DNA of 64,000 bases from Octopus sinensis (Eukaryota): NCBI RefSeq assembly GCF_006345805.1, contig NC_043019.1:2976001-3040000 (forward strand), read 5' to 3'. Shown here piece by piece: positions 1 through 14,326 of the stretch. The translations under genes were made by a program, and so were the position numbers. The stretch's first letter is position 1; each line of letters begins with the position of its first letter. The notes below the pieces were generated by a model that saw nothing but the letters and a program-made list of their open reading frames with translations, was not told the origin of the DNA and ran no database searches.

Positions 1-137
1 TAAACTTAACATTTCAAATACCTATCAGATATGTATTAGCATGAACAATATTAGCATTTATTATATTGTAAGCAATTATATGAGGTCTAAAGATCAATAT
101 GGTATTTGCACTTTAAAATGGGCTGCATTCTTTAAGC

Positions 138-920
138 CAGGGATGTCCAACCTTTTTTTCCTCGTGGGCCAAATTATAAATTTAAGTATATTTACTGCGC
201 CACAAAGGCACTAAGATATAAACTTTTAAAAAGTTCAAAATATAGTGAATAAAATTTTTTTAATAAAAAAATATAAATACAAAATAATGTGCTATTGACA
301 GTAAAAATGAAATTACATTTACACAAAATAAAATCAATGTGATTATTGTCATTGCATTTCTTTTATGATATTCTCAATATCTGCTTTTATGGTGTTATTC
401 TTTACTCTAAGAATATTAGTTAAATGGCAATCACTCAGCCTATTTCTTTCAGCAGTTTTGACGTTTTTCATACATGAAAAGAATTGTTTACAGGAGTATG
501 TACTATCCCACATGCACAACAGTTTTCTAGCTAAATTGGCATACAATTTCTTGTAAAAGTCAAGATGGTCAAGTTCTTAAAGATTCTCTACTTTGAAGCT
601 CAATGAGTTCAAGCTGATACTTGGCTAGTGCTTCCATGTAAATGAATGAAAATGGATCACTCAACAATTGTAGTTCAGTAATTAAGCATCAACATAATGA
701 CTGAGTCTTTGACACAGAGTCAGCCATTCTACATCATAAACCCCATGGCCTCCCTCATTTTACCTTCCTGTATTGAGGTTTTCATTGGTCCATTCAAAAT
801 AGCACACTCCAAGAATAATTTTCTCATCATACATTATCAAAGTAAATGAAAATTTAACTAGAAAATAACACATAGAATTGCCAGCAGGCCACAAAGTGGT
901 CCACGGGTTGGACATCCCTG
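138..920 (-). mobile_element. Internally deleted hAT (Buster/Charlie-like) DNA transposon with transposase C-terminal remnant
   Basis: Perfect 15-bp TIRs CAGGGATGTCCAACC (138-152) / GGTTGGACATCCCTG (906-920); 8-bp TSD ctttaagc/ctttaaac; ORF 349..546 STYSCKQFFSCMKNVKTAERNRLSDCHL resembles the hAT dimerisation domain. Confidence 0.9.
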
Positions 921-1220
921 CTTTAAACCAGTGTCAGCAATATTTGGCAATAGAAAAGCAAACAAAAAATGATTTTTTTTTGTTTTGTTATGAAACAAAG
1001 TAATTCGACATAAGTTCATCAATTGATCAATGGTAGCCATTGCTTGAAGGTTACATAAAGCTTGCGTGAGTTACAAATATGAAAAGCTAATACAATGAAT
1101 TACATAAGATACTAACACATTCCAAAAAATATAACTTAAAATTTAATTTAAATATTGAATAAATATTTTATAAGAATTCTAATCTTGTCTACCCTGTTTT
1201 CTGGGGTTGTTTTGACTTAC

Positions 1221-1238
1221 CTCCATCTGTATCAGGTC
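1221..1238 (-). CDS. Linker microexon, 18 nt, (G)PDTDG; suggests the gene continues below position 1
   Basis: attttatttttattgtttttag|GA CCT GAT ACA GAT GGA G|gtaagt; phase 1-1. Confidence 0.7.
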
Positions 1239-2262
1239 CTAAAAACAATAAAAATAAAATACAGTGAGAATAAAATTCATAAGTCTTTATGTATTTAAAA
1301 AAATTAAATGTTTAAAGATATAAACTGAATGTGCAGGTGCTGGAGGTATCTAATTAAGTGGTTTACTGGTGAAGAAAGAAATGATTCAAATTAATGATTG
1401 AATGTATAAAAATAACAGACATACCTGTCAAGAATTTCTTTTATTACTAGAGAGAAGAAAACTTCATTAACTTTTTACAAGAATTTTCTGAAAATGTCTT
1501 AAGTTTTGCATTCTTAAAAGTCACCAAATTTGCTGTTTCACCATCATGAATAGAAAGCAATTAATGAAGATAAAATTAAGAAAGAGAATCAAATGCTGGT
1601 TTTTTTCACATTCAATTGCTTTGCTTTCTGATTCTCTTTAAAACCTCTGTTGTATAATAATTCACTTCCTTTTGTAAAATATGTTTATTTGTATAGATAT
1701 TTTTAATTGAAAATTATGAATAATACTTTTAATTATAAATTAAATAAATAGTTTGTTGAATACAATTACTGAGTATATAATGAACAGTGAATTAGAATAC
1801 ATTTGAAGCTAAATAATTCTTCAATTACAGTTTGAAAATCATTTGATGATCTCTAATTTGCAAAGTAGCAAACTATTTAGGATATCTGATAAATTTCTTA
1901 TTTACTTCTTCCTCTGATTTATTTATTTAATTATTTTACAATTTTTATTTATTTCAGTTCCATTATGCTATTATCAATGTAGTTATGATATAATTTCATT
2001 GAAAATGAAAATATTGAAAAAATATTTAAAATTTAAACTATAAAAATATGAGTAAAGTAAGCGAAAGAAACAAATCTAAATAAAACCACATCAATAGCCC
2101 AATGTCTTACATATATTCATTAAATAGTTAATAATTTTAGAAATTACATCAAATGATTTTTCTGTAGTGTATGTACTACTGATAGAATTAATTCTAAAAA
2201 GCAGTTGGCAAATATTAGAATCTTTCAATAAAATAATATAATTATTAAAAAAACAACTGTCC

Positions 2263-2299
<37 letters not shown>

Positions 2300-3901
2300 A
2301 AATGGCAAAAGTATAATGTTTGAATTGAATTTTTGAAGTGTTATTGATAAATGATATTCATAATTAGCAACTAGAATTTCTGATCAAAAATAAAAATGTA
2401 TAAATACGTAACACAGATTCACAGAGCAATAATGAGATATTGCTAATACTTTATTTTTAGATTCTTAAAGTGACAAAAAAAAAGTAGCTATTACCTTAGA
2501 ACTAAAAAAATAAAATATTTGTGACAGTTATATTCTTGTTATATATGCTTTACTCTTCTGTACAGAAAATATCTAGTTTTCATGATCTCAACTAAAGAAC
2601 TGCACTTTTCATTTTTTTTGTTTTTGCCTGTTGCTTACAGAGAAGTTTGAAATCTCTTTCGAAAAATAATGAGAAGTTACCGTCATTATTCTTGTGATTA
2701 TCATATGTCAGACTTATAAAAGGGAAACTTTATAATTTACATCAGTTAGATAAAGATGGGCAGTTTACAAATGTATAAAAGAAAATTTGAAAGCTATATA
2801 ACTAACACACAAAAATTCAATGTAGGTTAAAGCATTGCTGTGATGTAAATTGTGAAATACTGAAAATAAAAGAAATGTTATTAGCACTAATTCTGGATAA
2901 AGCCATCAATAGTATTGCATGTGCCTGTAAAATACTACTAAAATGTGAAGCTGTGAATGAAATATTAGATTATGTTCAGGAAATAAAAGGTGAAGTGATA
3001 TTTAGTGTTACCAAGTGATATTGTGATATTAAATCTTACCATGTGATATTGTGATATTAAAATCTTACCATGTGATTAATATTCAAGCTTACCAAGTGAA
3101 ATCAGTAGTGCTGTTGGTGATGGTGTTTGAAACCAAAGCTGTGATGACTATAACCCAAGTGACAATATTTGAGACGTGATAAGAATCAGTTTGTATTTGA
3201 GGAAATCAAATTGAATATTAAAATAACTATATAAATATTTCTCATAAAATACTTATTAAAAGAATTGTAAAGATTATTTCTGCAATATAAAAGAGGATAA
3301 TGTTAATATATATAATTCAGTAAATGTTTCTTACAAACTGGGATTCTCATATTATGTCCATTGTATATTTCTTTGTCAACATCTTTTCATTGTTATTTCT
3401 GCTTCACACACTATACTTATTTCTTCATTCTCATAACAGAAATCCAGTAACCAAGAAGGTAACCTAAAATGCCTGATACTTGAAGTGATCTAAAGAATCA
3501 ATAGGCTAAAATGATATGTAGTAAATTTAGTTATCACCTACTCAATAACTGTCTAATATAAGACACATTTTACTTTGTGATAAGATAAAGTTATATGAAT
3601 AATGTAAAAAATTTATAAATTCATTATTATTACAGTTAGCCGAATACTAATATTTCCACTAGTGGTTGTCAGTCACTGATATAATTACATTAAAAATTTT
3701 CTTAATTTTTTGGAACTACACTTAGTTTCAAAAATAGTTTAGAAAATGTTTCTTACAAACAATAAATATATCCATTCTATGGTGAAATGACTATAACTAA
3801 ACACCATACAATTTTAATAAATGTTTGTGCAAGAGGTGATTGGTATTACTGCTTCTAGTCTAATTAGTATATTGTGAAAGAAAAAAAAGATTAAAATGTG
3901 C

Positions 3902-3933
<32 letters not shown>

Positions 3934-6900
3934 ATATCAATTTGTGCAATCATATTTCCTAGGCAAGCACATACATTAAGGAAAGACAACCCTTATTTAG
4001 TGGAACTGTTTATTATAAATATATATCTGTATATATATATATATATAAATATATATACAATCTCCACAGTTTGGTAGTAAATTGTTTAAAGAGCAGCTTA
4101 CAAAATTTTTTTACAATTTACTAGGATAAATGTTTGTTGTTCAAGTGTTGAACACTCTAATATACTTAAAATGTTTCATGTGTTGCTTAGCGACCTGTAA
4201 AGAGAAAAAAAAATAAAGTCAGTTATCTAATATTTTATAGTCACAATATTTATGCTTACATGCAGATATCAAAGTGATAGGCTCCTCCTTCAGTGTGATA
4301 AAATATATCCTCTGGATATAGCCAAATAATATTATAATTGTTACAAACAAGAAAATATGTGATAGATCCATGCATGATATCATGGTTGATTCTCTTGACA
4401 CCATTTGCTACTGTTACTATCATAATCACTACATTTCAGTTTATTGGAGGTCTACATAATAATATCAAGTCAATTTGCTTCATTTCATACAAAATTATAT
4501 GTTCAACATCAAATTACTGGTGTTTGAAAAATATCACAAATTTAAAACAAATATTTTAATAGTTTTATATAAGCAAATCTTTAAAATAAATATTATTTCT
4601 AAATTTTTACATGTAGGAATTAATCAAATTTTATAAAATCCATATCTATCAAGATTTATATATATTAGAAAATGTTGAGTACATCCTTTTATTCCAGTCA
4701 AGCTTATAATTGAAATAACATTATAACAAACTATCATAATGAAATACATTCTGCAATAAAATAAAATTATTTAGTATTACACTTATTGTTATTTACACAA
4801 CATGGTTAAAAAAATGGATGATTAGAAATAAATTCATGCATAGATATAAAACTGATAATGTAGGAAATTATATATGTGTGTGTGTGTGTATTTATAGCCT
4901 GAGCCCTGCTTTGTATTAATGTAGTCTAAGTTACATACACACAGACATAAACACACTCATAAAGATGCATCAGATATAGTGCATACATGAACTATATACA
5001 CATATATATATATATCAACTACTGCTGTCATTTGCAAACACAGACACCCTATTGTCCCTCCCACCCTTAACCCAGTGGAATATACAGATATGTAACAACT
5101 GGAGGAGAAGGGCGGCACCAGCAATAGGTTGTTACTTCTCAAATAGGATGAAAGGCTCAGCTTATCTCAGAAAACACTGAACTCAGCCAGAACAAATATC
5201 ATGACACATTCAAGCTGAGACTGCAATGACTTCACCAAGCATTTAAATCTATGTTCAGTGAATATTTTCAATGTTATATAATTCTCATATTAAAAATGAA
5301 AAAGAAATGTTTTATTACATTGGAGGTATTTGATATTAGTCCTTTGTATGCAAAGCTGTATTATTCACAAAAGTTCCATGCAAACCTTTACAAGTACAGT
5401 AATATTATTAGTGTTTGTAAACATATTTAGTATATCACTTAACTAAACTATGATTAATCATAAATGGTTTATTTTCAAGCAGATCAAACATTCATTATAA
5501 TTTAAATATTTTACTTATTAGGAATTTACAAATACACATAGTATATATATTTTTCATACATATACACACACATCTACATACATAAAAATGAACAAAATAA
5601 TAGTTTTAAATTGTTTTAAAACAAAAGTCCATTTTAAACATCTGTGTTACTCGGATATATTTAATCTATTTTGGTCTTCTAGTGTGTAAAACATTAGTTA
5701 AAACAGTTGTTTGTTGAAATAAACAAATATAGTACACTGTTAATACTCAAGTTTATCTACTACAAATACTAAACACATTGAAATATGAAAACATGATGTT
5801 AGAATTTGTAGGAAATGAATGCATAGGTGCTCTATTACAAAAGCTATGTTTTCCATATGTTATACAATAGCAGTTAAAACATTTAATATAAGAAAAAAAT
5901 ATAAAAAGATAAATGAACCACAAATAGATACAAACTACAAGAATTCACAAGTGGCTGTCCTGAAAATTGTTTGCAATTGGTGTCTGATCACATATTTAAA
6001 CAATTTTTGAAATGAAATTTTATGAAAAAGATTTCCTCTAAAACCTACCTAAAAATTATTTTAAAGAAAATAAAGCTTCTGTGAAAGCTGAAATTATGAT
6101 GCGAAGGTTTAAAGTTAATATGATAAAAATATAGTTACGAAAAATAAATATTCTAAATATAATATTAAGAAGTACCTACTAATACTTTTTGAATATATAC
6201 TATTCACTGTCAACTATAATTTGCTACTTCAGCTAATAAAATTCATATACTTCAGGATATTTGATATAGCCGATTTAAGTGCTGTTGTTACTATTTAATA
6301 CATCCTGATTGAGCAGACTTATAACCAAATCTATTCTTGCCATGACCCTCTTGTATTTTCAGACATGGCTTATATCAGACTACAATATCTAATATGTCCT
6401 ATTTTTTAAAGTGTTATTTGGGATAAATTTGTCAGTAGTTGCTATCAGATGAAACAGCCAGGCAGGGGCTCTGTGATTGGAAGGTACACTGGAAGGTATA
6501 TTGCATAATACTGGTTTCTAAATCCATATTTTCAAACATATATATATACATATGTTATAATTTCTAAATCTCTCTTTTACACACCACTTTGAAAGACTTC
6601 TTTTCTTTAGTTTGTTACTTTATATATAAGGAAGTGGTGTGTAAAATACCCAATTCACTGGTACATCAGTTGAATACCACATAGAAATGGATAAAATGCA
6701 AATTACAAACAATTAACAATCCAATACAATTAACAATCCAATAATTTATTCATATTATAATATAACATTATATACTATGAATGTGATATCAGACAATATA
6801 AAAAAAATCATTAAAAGTATGTCAATTGGACTCTCTATTAGTTTAATGTTTATAATAATATATATATGTCAAAATGGCGAGAATGAGTGCTCATTGGTGG

Positions 6901-7615
6901 ATAGAATTTCTTTTTGTGTATCAAGGCTACCATTGGTTTCATGTTAAGAAAAAAATACCATAAGATCTTAACAATTTTCCAAGCTGATCACATGGAGGAA
7001 TGGTATTCATCTCCATTTTGTATATGTATATATTTAAATGCACTGGAATTTTTCTGATTTTCAAAAGCTGAGATAGGATAACATGGGGCTATGCTACAAC
7101 TGTCTTGCTTCTGACTGGAGTTCAAAAATTCATAGAGAGAACGTGGCTCAAATTGATATCTGTTCAGGATACAATTTAATTGGTAAACCATGACCATAAG
7201 AGTAGGCTTAGAAACTTCATGTGGTAATATTTTTGATGCAGCAAGTTAAGGTTGAATGAACGTGTCTCTATATATATTGAATTAACCAATTAGGTTTGCT
7301 TCATGATTGAAACCTAAACCAAAATTTCAAAATTAAATTAATGATCTTAGACTTTAAGAAATTGATAGATAGATAAAATCATTTCTTAATTTTATCCCCA
7401 AAATTCTTTTTAAATATACAAACATCCTACTGTGATATACCTATTGTGAAAGAAATTTTAATAAAATACCAAAGGTAATTGTTTTAGAATTTCTGAATGT
7501 TACATAATTTAATGTAATATTGTCAAGAAAAACAAGCACTAGCAGTGGAACCGAACTACTAACTGATAATCCAATATCTCATCCAGCAGATTATTGTATC
7601 TGGTTTACATTGCAA

Positions 7616-7664
<49 letters not shown>

Positions 7665-10069
7665 GGACACATCATTACTAAAACTACTTGAAAAGATCAA
7701 AAATACAAAAATATAATCTATCAACTTAATTTGTAAATTCAAATTTTAATTTTCATTGATATAGGGACAGGAAATGCTATTTTCAAATAATTTTGAACTT
7801 TGTTAAATTATATATACTACAAAGTTAATTTCCCTAACATACTTGATCTTTAATCCTATTTGTAATACTTTTATATACACATTCTTAGTTTGTAAAACTC
7901 ATGAATGATTCCAGTTTGTTTTTGCCTTATTCATAATAAATAAATATTATGTTTTGACCTTCAGAGCGTAATTACAAACTTTTAACAGGACTAAAAATAA
8001 TTTGATAATAGTGTGCAGGAAATATTTAGTATGTTTGTAGAGTAAGTTAAGTATTTATTTAGTTAAAGCCCAAACATCACATAACTGAAACTGGATTAGT
8101 GTCTGGTGCAGATAGACAAAACCAGATAGACAATCCACTGCAACATAGATTGGGTGTAGTGTAAATAAATGTGCTCTAAGAACACAAATAGAAATTCTAG
8201 GGACATGCCTAAACTCACCACAATAATCGAAAATTTTGGTTTTCAGAGTTTCAACATTTTTAACAAGTTTTCCAAAGTTTCGAACAAAGATTGTGTGTTC
8301 ATCAGTGGGAAAAGATGCCACATATTTTAACTGAGTGGTTTCTTTTAATCCAATCGCAATAACAAAAACTTCTACTCCAGTTTCTCTTAGAAGCTGAGCT
8401 TCAACTACTGTTCGGTAACTGAATACATTTGATGCACCATCCGTTATCAAAACAAGGATGTTTTTAGCCAGAGGTCGGTCACCTTTTTCTTCCTTGAATA
8501 TTTTCATCCTTACTGAGGACAATGCCGAAGCATAGTTTGTGTCACCATATGTAAAAGTAATGTTATCCAATGCTTCAAAAATATATTTTTCAGTCTCGAA
8601 TGTATTTAGATAAAAATGAATTTGTACGTTTGTACTAAAAGTGGCCACACCAACCCTTGCTAGGCCCTGGTCAATTATAGCATCAGACACTGACATCTTT
8701 ATGAAATTAATGATACTTTTAAAGTTTCTCTTCTTCACTGTTGTTGATGTGTCCACAAGAAAAGCTATGTCAAAATCTAATGACATACAGCCACCTAGAG
8801 AATAAGGCAGAATGGAGGGTAAATGTATCAACATTTTGTATACAGATCAAAGAACTTTTACAGAACATTATAGTTTATTAGGATATAGTGATGCAGGAAA
8901 TAACCTACATTCTATTTGTTAACAAAAATTAAAATTTTAGGAATAATAATAGTATTTCTCTTAATACAATAGATTTCATAACACCATTTACTATTACTTT
9001 ACATATAATTGAAATTAAAAAATAAATCTAGGTAGAAGAGTTAAAAACAAATTATCTATATATACATATGTACACACATATTTTTACTAGTTTACTAGTT
9101 CCTATGTCAAGGATGTTGCAAAGCTGGGGCACTACTATTACCATTGATACTGCAGAAGCAGTAGTATACTTATATATATTATATTATATATATATATATA
9201 TATATACACTACCATCAGAAATTAATTAGCACCCTTGATTTGCTCTTCACTCAAGGTATGTGCTGTCACTAGTGGCCATATCTCGAACTATTGCTTTGTT
9301 GCGAGTTCACTGTTGCGCAGAACGATGACGTAACTTTGTTTGCAGAGCAGTTTGAGAGTCTACAGCCTTATGATGTTGACATAGCAGTGTGCAACACAAC
9401 TTGGAGTGCGGATGCAGACAAATCTTCCTTTGTTTAATAGATATAGGTAGCGCCTCGCAAGGACCGAAATCACACCATACTAAGTTTTCTCATCGCGTAA
9501 GATGTTTTGAACAGCTCATAGGTTAATTGATTTAACCTATTTAATGTAGAAATTTGAGAAGTGCTAATTAATTTCTGACGCAAGTGTATATATTGGGTTG
9601 GTGCATAATTCTTGCAGCTTATTTTTTAACAGATATTTTATTCAACAAAAACAATAACAACATGTAACAAAAACATCTTTAAATTATTATTCTGAAGCAT
9701 ATTCACCATCTACTTCAATTACTGCTTCCCATTTGCTTGGCAGACGGTCAGACCATCATTGAAAGATGTTTTTGTTAAATATTGTTATTGTTCTTGTTGA
9801 ATAAAATTTGTTGAAAAAAAGCCACAATAATTATGCACCAACCCAATATATATATATACACACACACATATATATATCATATAATATATATAAATATATA
9901 GATATATATATATATCTATATATACTATATCTATATCTATATCTATATATATATCTATATCTATATATATATCTATATCTATATATATATCTATATATAT
10001 ATATATATATATCTATATCTATATCTATATATATATCTATATCTATATATATATATATATCTATATATA

Positions 10070-10122
<53 letters not shown>

Positions 10123-10185
10123 ATAATATATATATCATATATATATATATATATATAATCTATATATATATATATATATATATAG

Positions 10186-10216
<31 letters not shown>

Positions 10217-11856
10217 CACACATGTATATACACATATATACATATACACACATGCATACATATATATACACATACATATATATATATATATGTATACATG
10301 TACATATAAACAAACAAATATATGTATATATAAACACACACACACATATATATATAAAGCTAGCGAATAACTATGGATGTCAATTGGATAACTATATACT
10401 GAGAGAAATAACATTTTTGAAAGTGAAGTTGAATGGGAGTTCACAACACACACATATATATTTCCCCCACCCTGAACCACTTTCATTTCCCATTATCTTT
10501 GCCTATCCTTCAATGCCCTCACATATTTACTGCAAACTCTTCCCCCAAGCCTTTCCCAAATTTCTCTCCATTATCTGCTCATCACCTCTTTCCTGCCAAC
10601 TCACCTAGTCCAAACCTCTATATCATCTAACTTATTCTCATCATGTCCAACATCCCTCAAGAGAACATCTATCTCATTAACACTTGCTTTCTCTTACTCT
10701 CTGACTTACTCACTTTCTTTATCTTACTCACTAACTCATTCTCCTTTCTATTTCAACAAGGGTATCCATGTATCTACCCAACTACAAGACTCCTCTCTCT
10801 TCCCTCTATACTTTAATCTCTCATCAACTGGCACAAAGCCATCACACACTCAGTACCACTCCTTGCACCCAGTTGAGGGTTTTGGGTCCTGCATGTTACT
10901 TGGTGATCCTACTGGTGGTAGTGCCATATGAAAAGCACAAAGTACACTCTGTAAATTGGTTGGCATTAGGAAGAGCGTCTAGTAGTAGAAACCATGCAAA
11001 AACTGACAATGGAGCCTGGCATGGTTCTCAGCCTTGCTAACTCCTGTCAAACCATTCAACCCACGCCAGCAGGGAGAAAAAAACGTTAAATGATGACAAT
11101 AAACACACACATTTACATACAACTGAATTACAGACATGCTATTCCAAAATTTTCTGGAGTAATATTATTTAAAGTAGAGAGATAATTTAGATATAATAAA
11201 TTATTCTATTATAGAAAACTACATATCAAAAATACATTGCTTTGGGTAGGGAATTAGATAGTTCCCATATTCTAAGAAACTCAACTTAATGAAATCTATT
11301 GCAAAAAAAAATAATACAAATATATGTAGAAACACAACATCTTTCTAAAAATTGTCTTTTAATATTTTCTTATAAAATATATTATCTAAGTGTGTCTATG
11401 TGTGTGTGAATATATATATATATATATATGTATGTATATACATACACATATACATACACACACACATATATACATCCATATGTATCATATGCATGTATAT
11501 AGGTGCAGGTGTGGCTGTGTGGTAAGAAGCTTGCTTCCCAACCACATGGTTCCAAGTTCAGTTCCACTGAGTGGCACCTTGGGTAAGTGTCTTCTACTAT
11601 TTATGGCCTTGGGCTGATCAAAGCCTTGTGGATTTGGTAGATGGCAACTGAAAGGAGTCCATCACATGTGTGTGTGTGTGTTTGTGTCTATGTTTGTTCC
11701 CCACCACCACTTGATAACAGGTATTGGTGTTTTAATGTCATAGTAACTTAGTGGTTCAGCAAAATGAGTACAGAGATAGATTCCTTAAATTAAAAATTCT
11801 TCAAGGTGCCCCAGCATGGCTACAGTCTAATGACTGAAACAAGTAAATGATAAAAG

Positions 11857-11893
<37 letters not shown>

Positions 11894-13283
11894 TACACAC
11901 CTTGGTGAACCCAAGCTAAACTATCTAAACTGTTTATTGGGAGTTTGTATGAAACTTACCAGAAGATGAAATTACAGGTGTGTGCTCTGTAAGAAAGTAG
12001 TGGATATTTCAAATTACTGATACATTGAAGAACAAATAAAATGTTTAAAATCTCTAATATGTATAACATTGGAAAGATAGCTTTCATTAAAAATGGTGAT
12101 ATAAAACAATACAAGATATCATTTGATACAAATTCCTGTAACTTCATTTCATATCTTTCACCAATGTAATCTTTGATACCCAAAATTAAATAAGAAAATG
12201 GATGACATCATGACTTGAAAGGGTCAATATACCAGCCTCTAATAGTTGCTGTCAATCTACAGTCCCACAACAATGCTTAAAACAGGTATGGTGTTACATA
12301 GTAAAATGGACTTCTGTAAACATAATATTCTAGTAAATTCCCAGTGGGGGCATTCAAAATGGACGTCTGTAAAGATGATATTCTAGTAAATTCCTAGGGA
12401 TGGCATTAGGTCGGCTATTGTGAAATATGGACTATGCACATAAGATATGATAAAGCATTTGTTAATCAATTACAAGAGATGATTACATATAAATAACTCA
12501 GTGTTTCTTCTACGAACAAATTGTGCTGCTCATACACACTGACATGATAGTCAGAAATACCTTTAACAAGATATTGTACACCATTTCACAATTCTTATAT
12601 AACTTTCAATTTATTCAGGTTTTTCACCCAAAAGGATTCATACGGGATATTATGAATCTTCGAAGAAACATGAGAAGCATAAACTTTGTTCATGTATTTG
12701 ACAACCTTCCAAGGAATTACTAGTCTTGTGCCAATGTCTAATTATCAAAGCTAAAGATAAGGATTTAATGATTTAGAATTATCTGTAAGGCAATTTAGAA
12801 TTTACTTCAGTTGAATTCAAGAAATGTATTGGCATATCTATCACTGATATGTTTAGAGATTAACATTAAAAGTGTTTAGAGAGATTAGAGAGAGAGCAAT
12901 AAAACGTGAAATAAGTTATTTAACATGAATAGATATTTTATCTAACCATCCTAAATTTGAAATAGTATCAAATACAACAGACAAGTAGGAGTATTGCTAT
13001 GAAAATTGAATATTTGGCTTCTCTGTCTTGTTCTCTTTCCTTTCTCACCATTCATGATATTAAAGGTTTTGTCAGAGCACATCTTATGTAGAATTAAAGA
13101 CATGATGGACACAGGTAGGTTTAAATTCAAAATATATGTCAACAATCTATCATGGACATCATATTTATAATCATTATCATTGCTCATTAGTTCAAAACTG
13201 AAACTAAAAGCAAATCAACATTTTCATCAAAGAATATTTTTTAAAAAATTGTATCTAATTTAAAGATAGCAAAATATGTTATG

Positions 13284-13325
<42 letters not shown>

Positions 13326-14290
13326 TATATATATATTTAGAGCTACTAAAATACATATTAAAATATAAAACAGTATGAAGTATACCATTTGATTTGTATT
13401 CAATACTCCTAGAATCAAAGATGGACAATAATATATATATTAAAATATTCTGAGAACAAACCAACCTCAAGAAAGATATTTGAGAATTTTACTAGGAATC
13501 AACAAGAGGTCTTTGATAAATGTAATTTAAAATTATTGCAACAATTATTCAAAGCAGAATACTCTTTTTTTTTATAGACATTGGAGTAGCAGAGAAATTG
13601 TTGAGCCGAAGATAGTTAATTGCTTCAAGACTAAATTTGGAGAGTAGTTAATTGGTTTACTGAAATAGTAGTTTCATTGCAAACAGGTTATCATATGAAA
13701 GATTTGTTCCTTAGCTGGAAAAAAATAGTCAACCAAAATTTGATATTTAAAATATCTAATGAAGATATGAATGTTAAAAGATGATTATATATATTTCTGT
13801 ATAAAATATGATTGTAAAAATATTATTACGTAAGATTTATTGCAAACACTTACTCACACACATGTATACACAGATATATACCCTCACAGGCATTTCAAAC
13901 CTTTAGCTGATTATCAATAAATCTTTGAAAATGTGTCAATTATGTTTGTTTAAAATAAATATAATATTGAAAATTATATTTTAAAATACTATCATAAACC
14001 AAAGAAACTATAACAGTTTTGAAAAATTCAGTATTCAGTTTGTTAATTTGTTCATGTTTGTTCTAACCATAATGTACATAAATATGTCTGTATGTAAATA
14101 TTCCAATATCACACCCACACTATACATATGTATGTGTCTGTGGGTGGATATGATATAAGTAGATAAACAGATGAGTGTGGCATCTCACTGATATAAATTG
14201 CAATGAAGAGAAAATGTACTCAATATTGTTAAGCAGAGAGGAATAACACTTATCCAAAACTGAGTCTATATAACTTATGCAGACTCAGCT

Positions 14291-14326
<36 letters not shown>

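Noticed and set aside
3093-3138. Possible exon encoding ...[13 protein letters not shown] with a G|GTAAGC donor
   Set aside because: 46 nt, not phase 1-1; weak acceptor; the donor is part of a minisatellite unit.
9808-10608. Long Tyr/Ile-rich ORFs (also near 11390, 34051-34391, 51101 and 60165-60457)
   Set aside because: Translations of (TA)n/(TG)n microsatellites, which lack stop codons.
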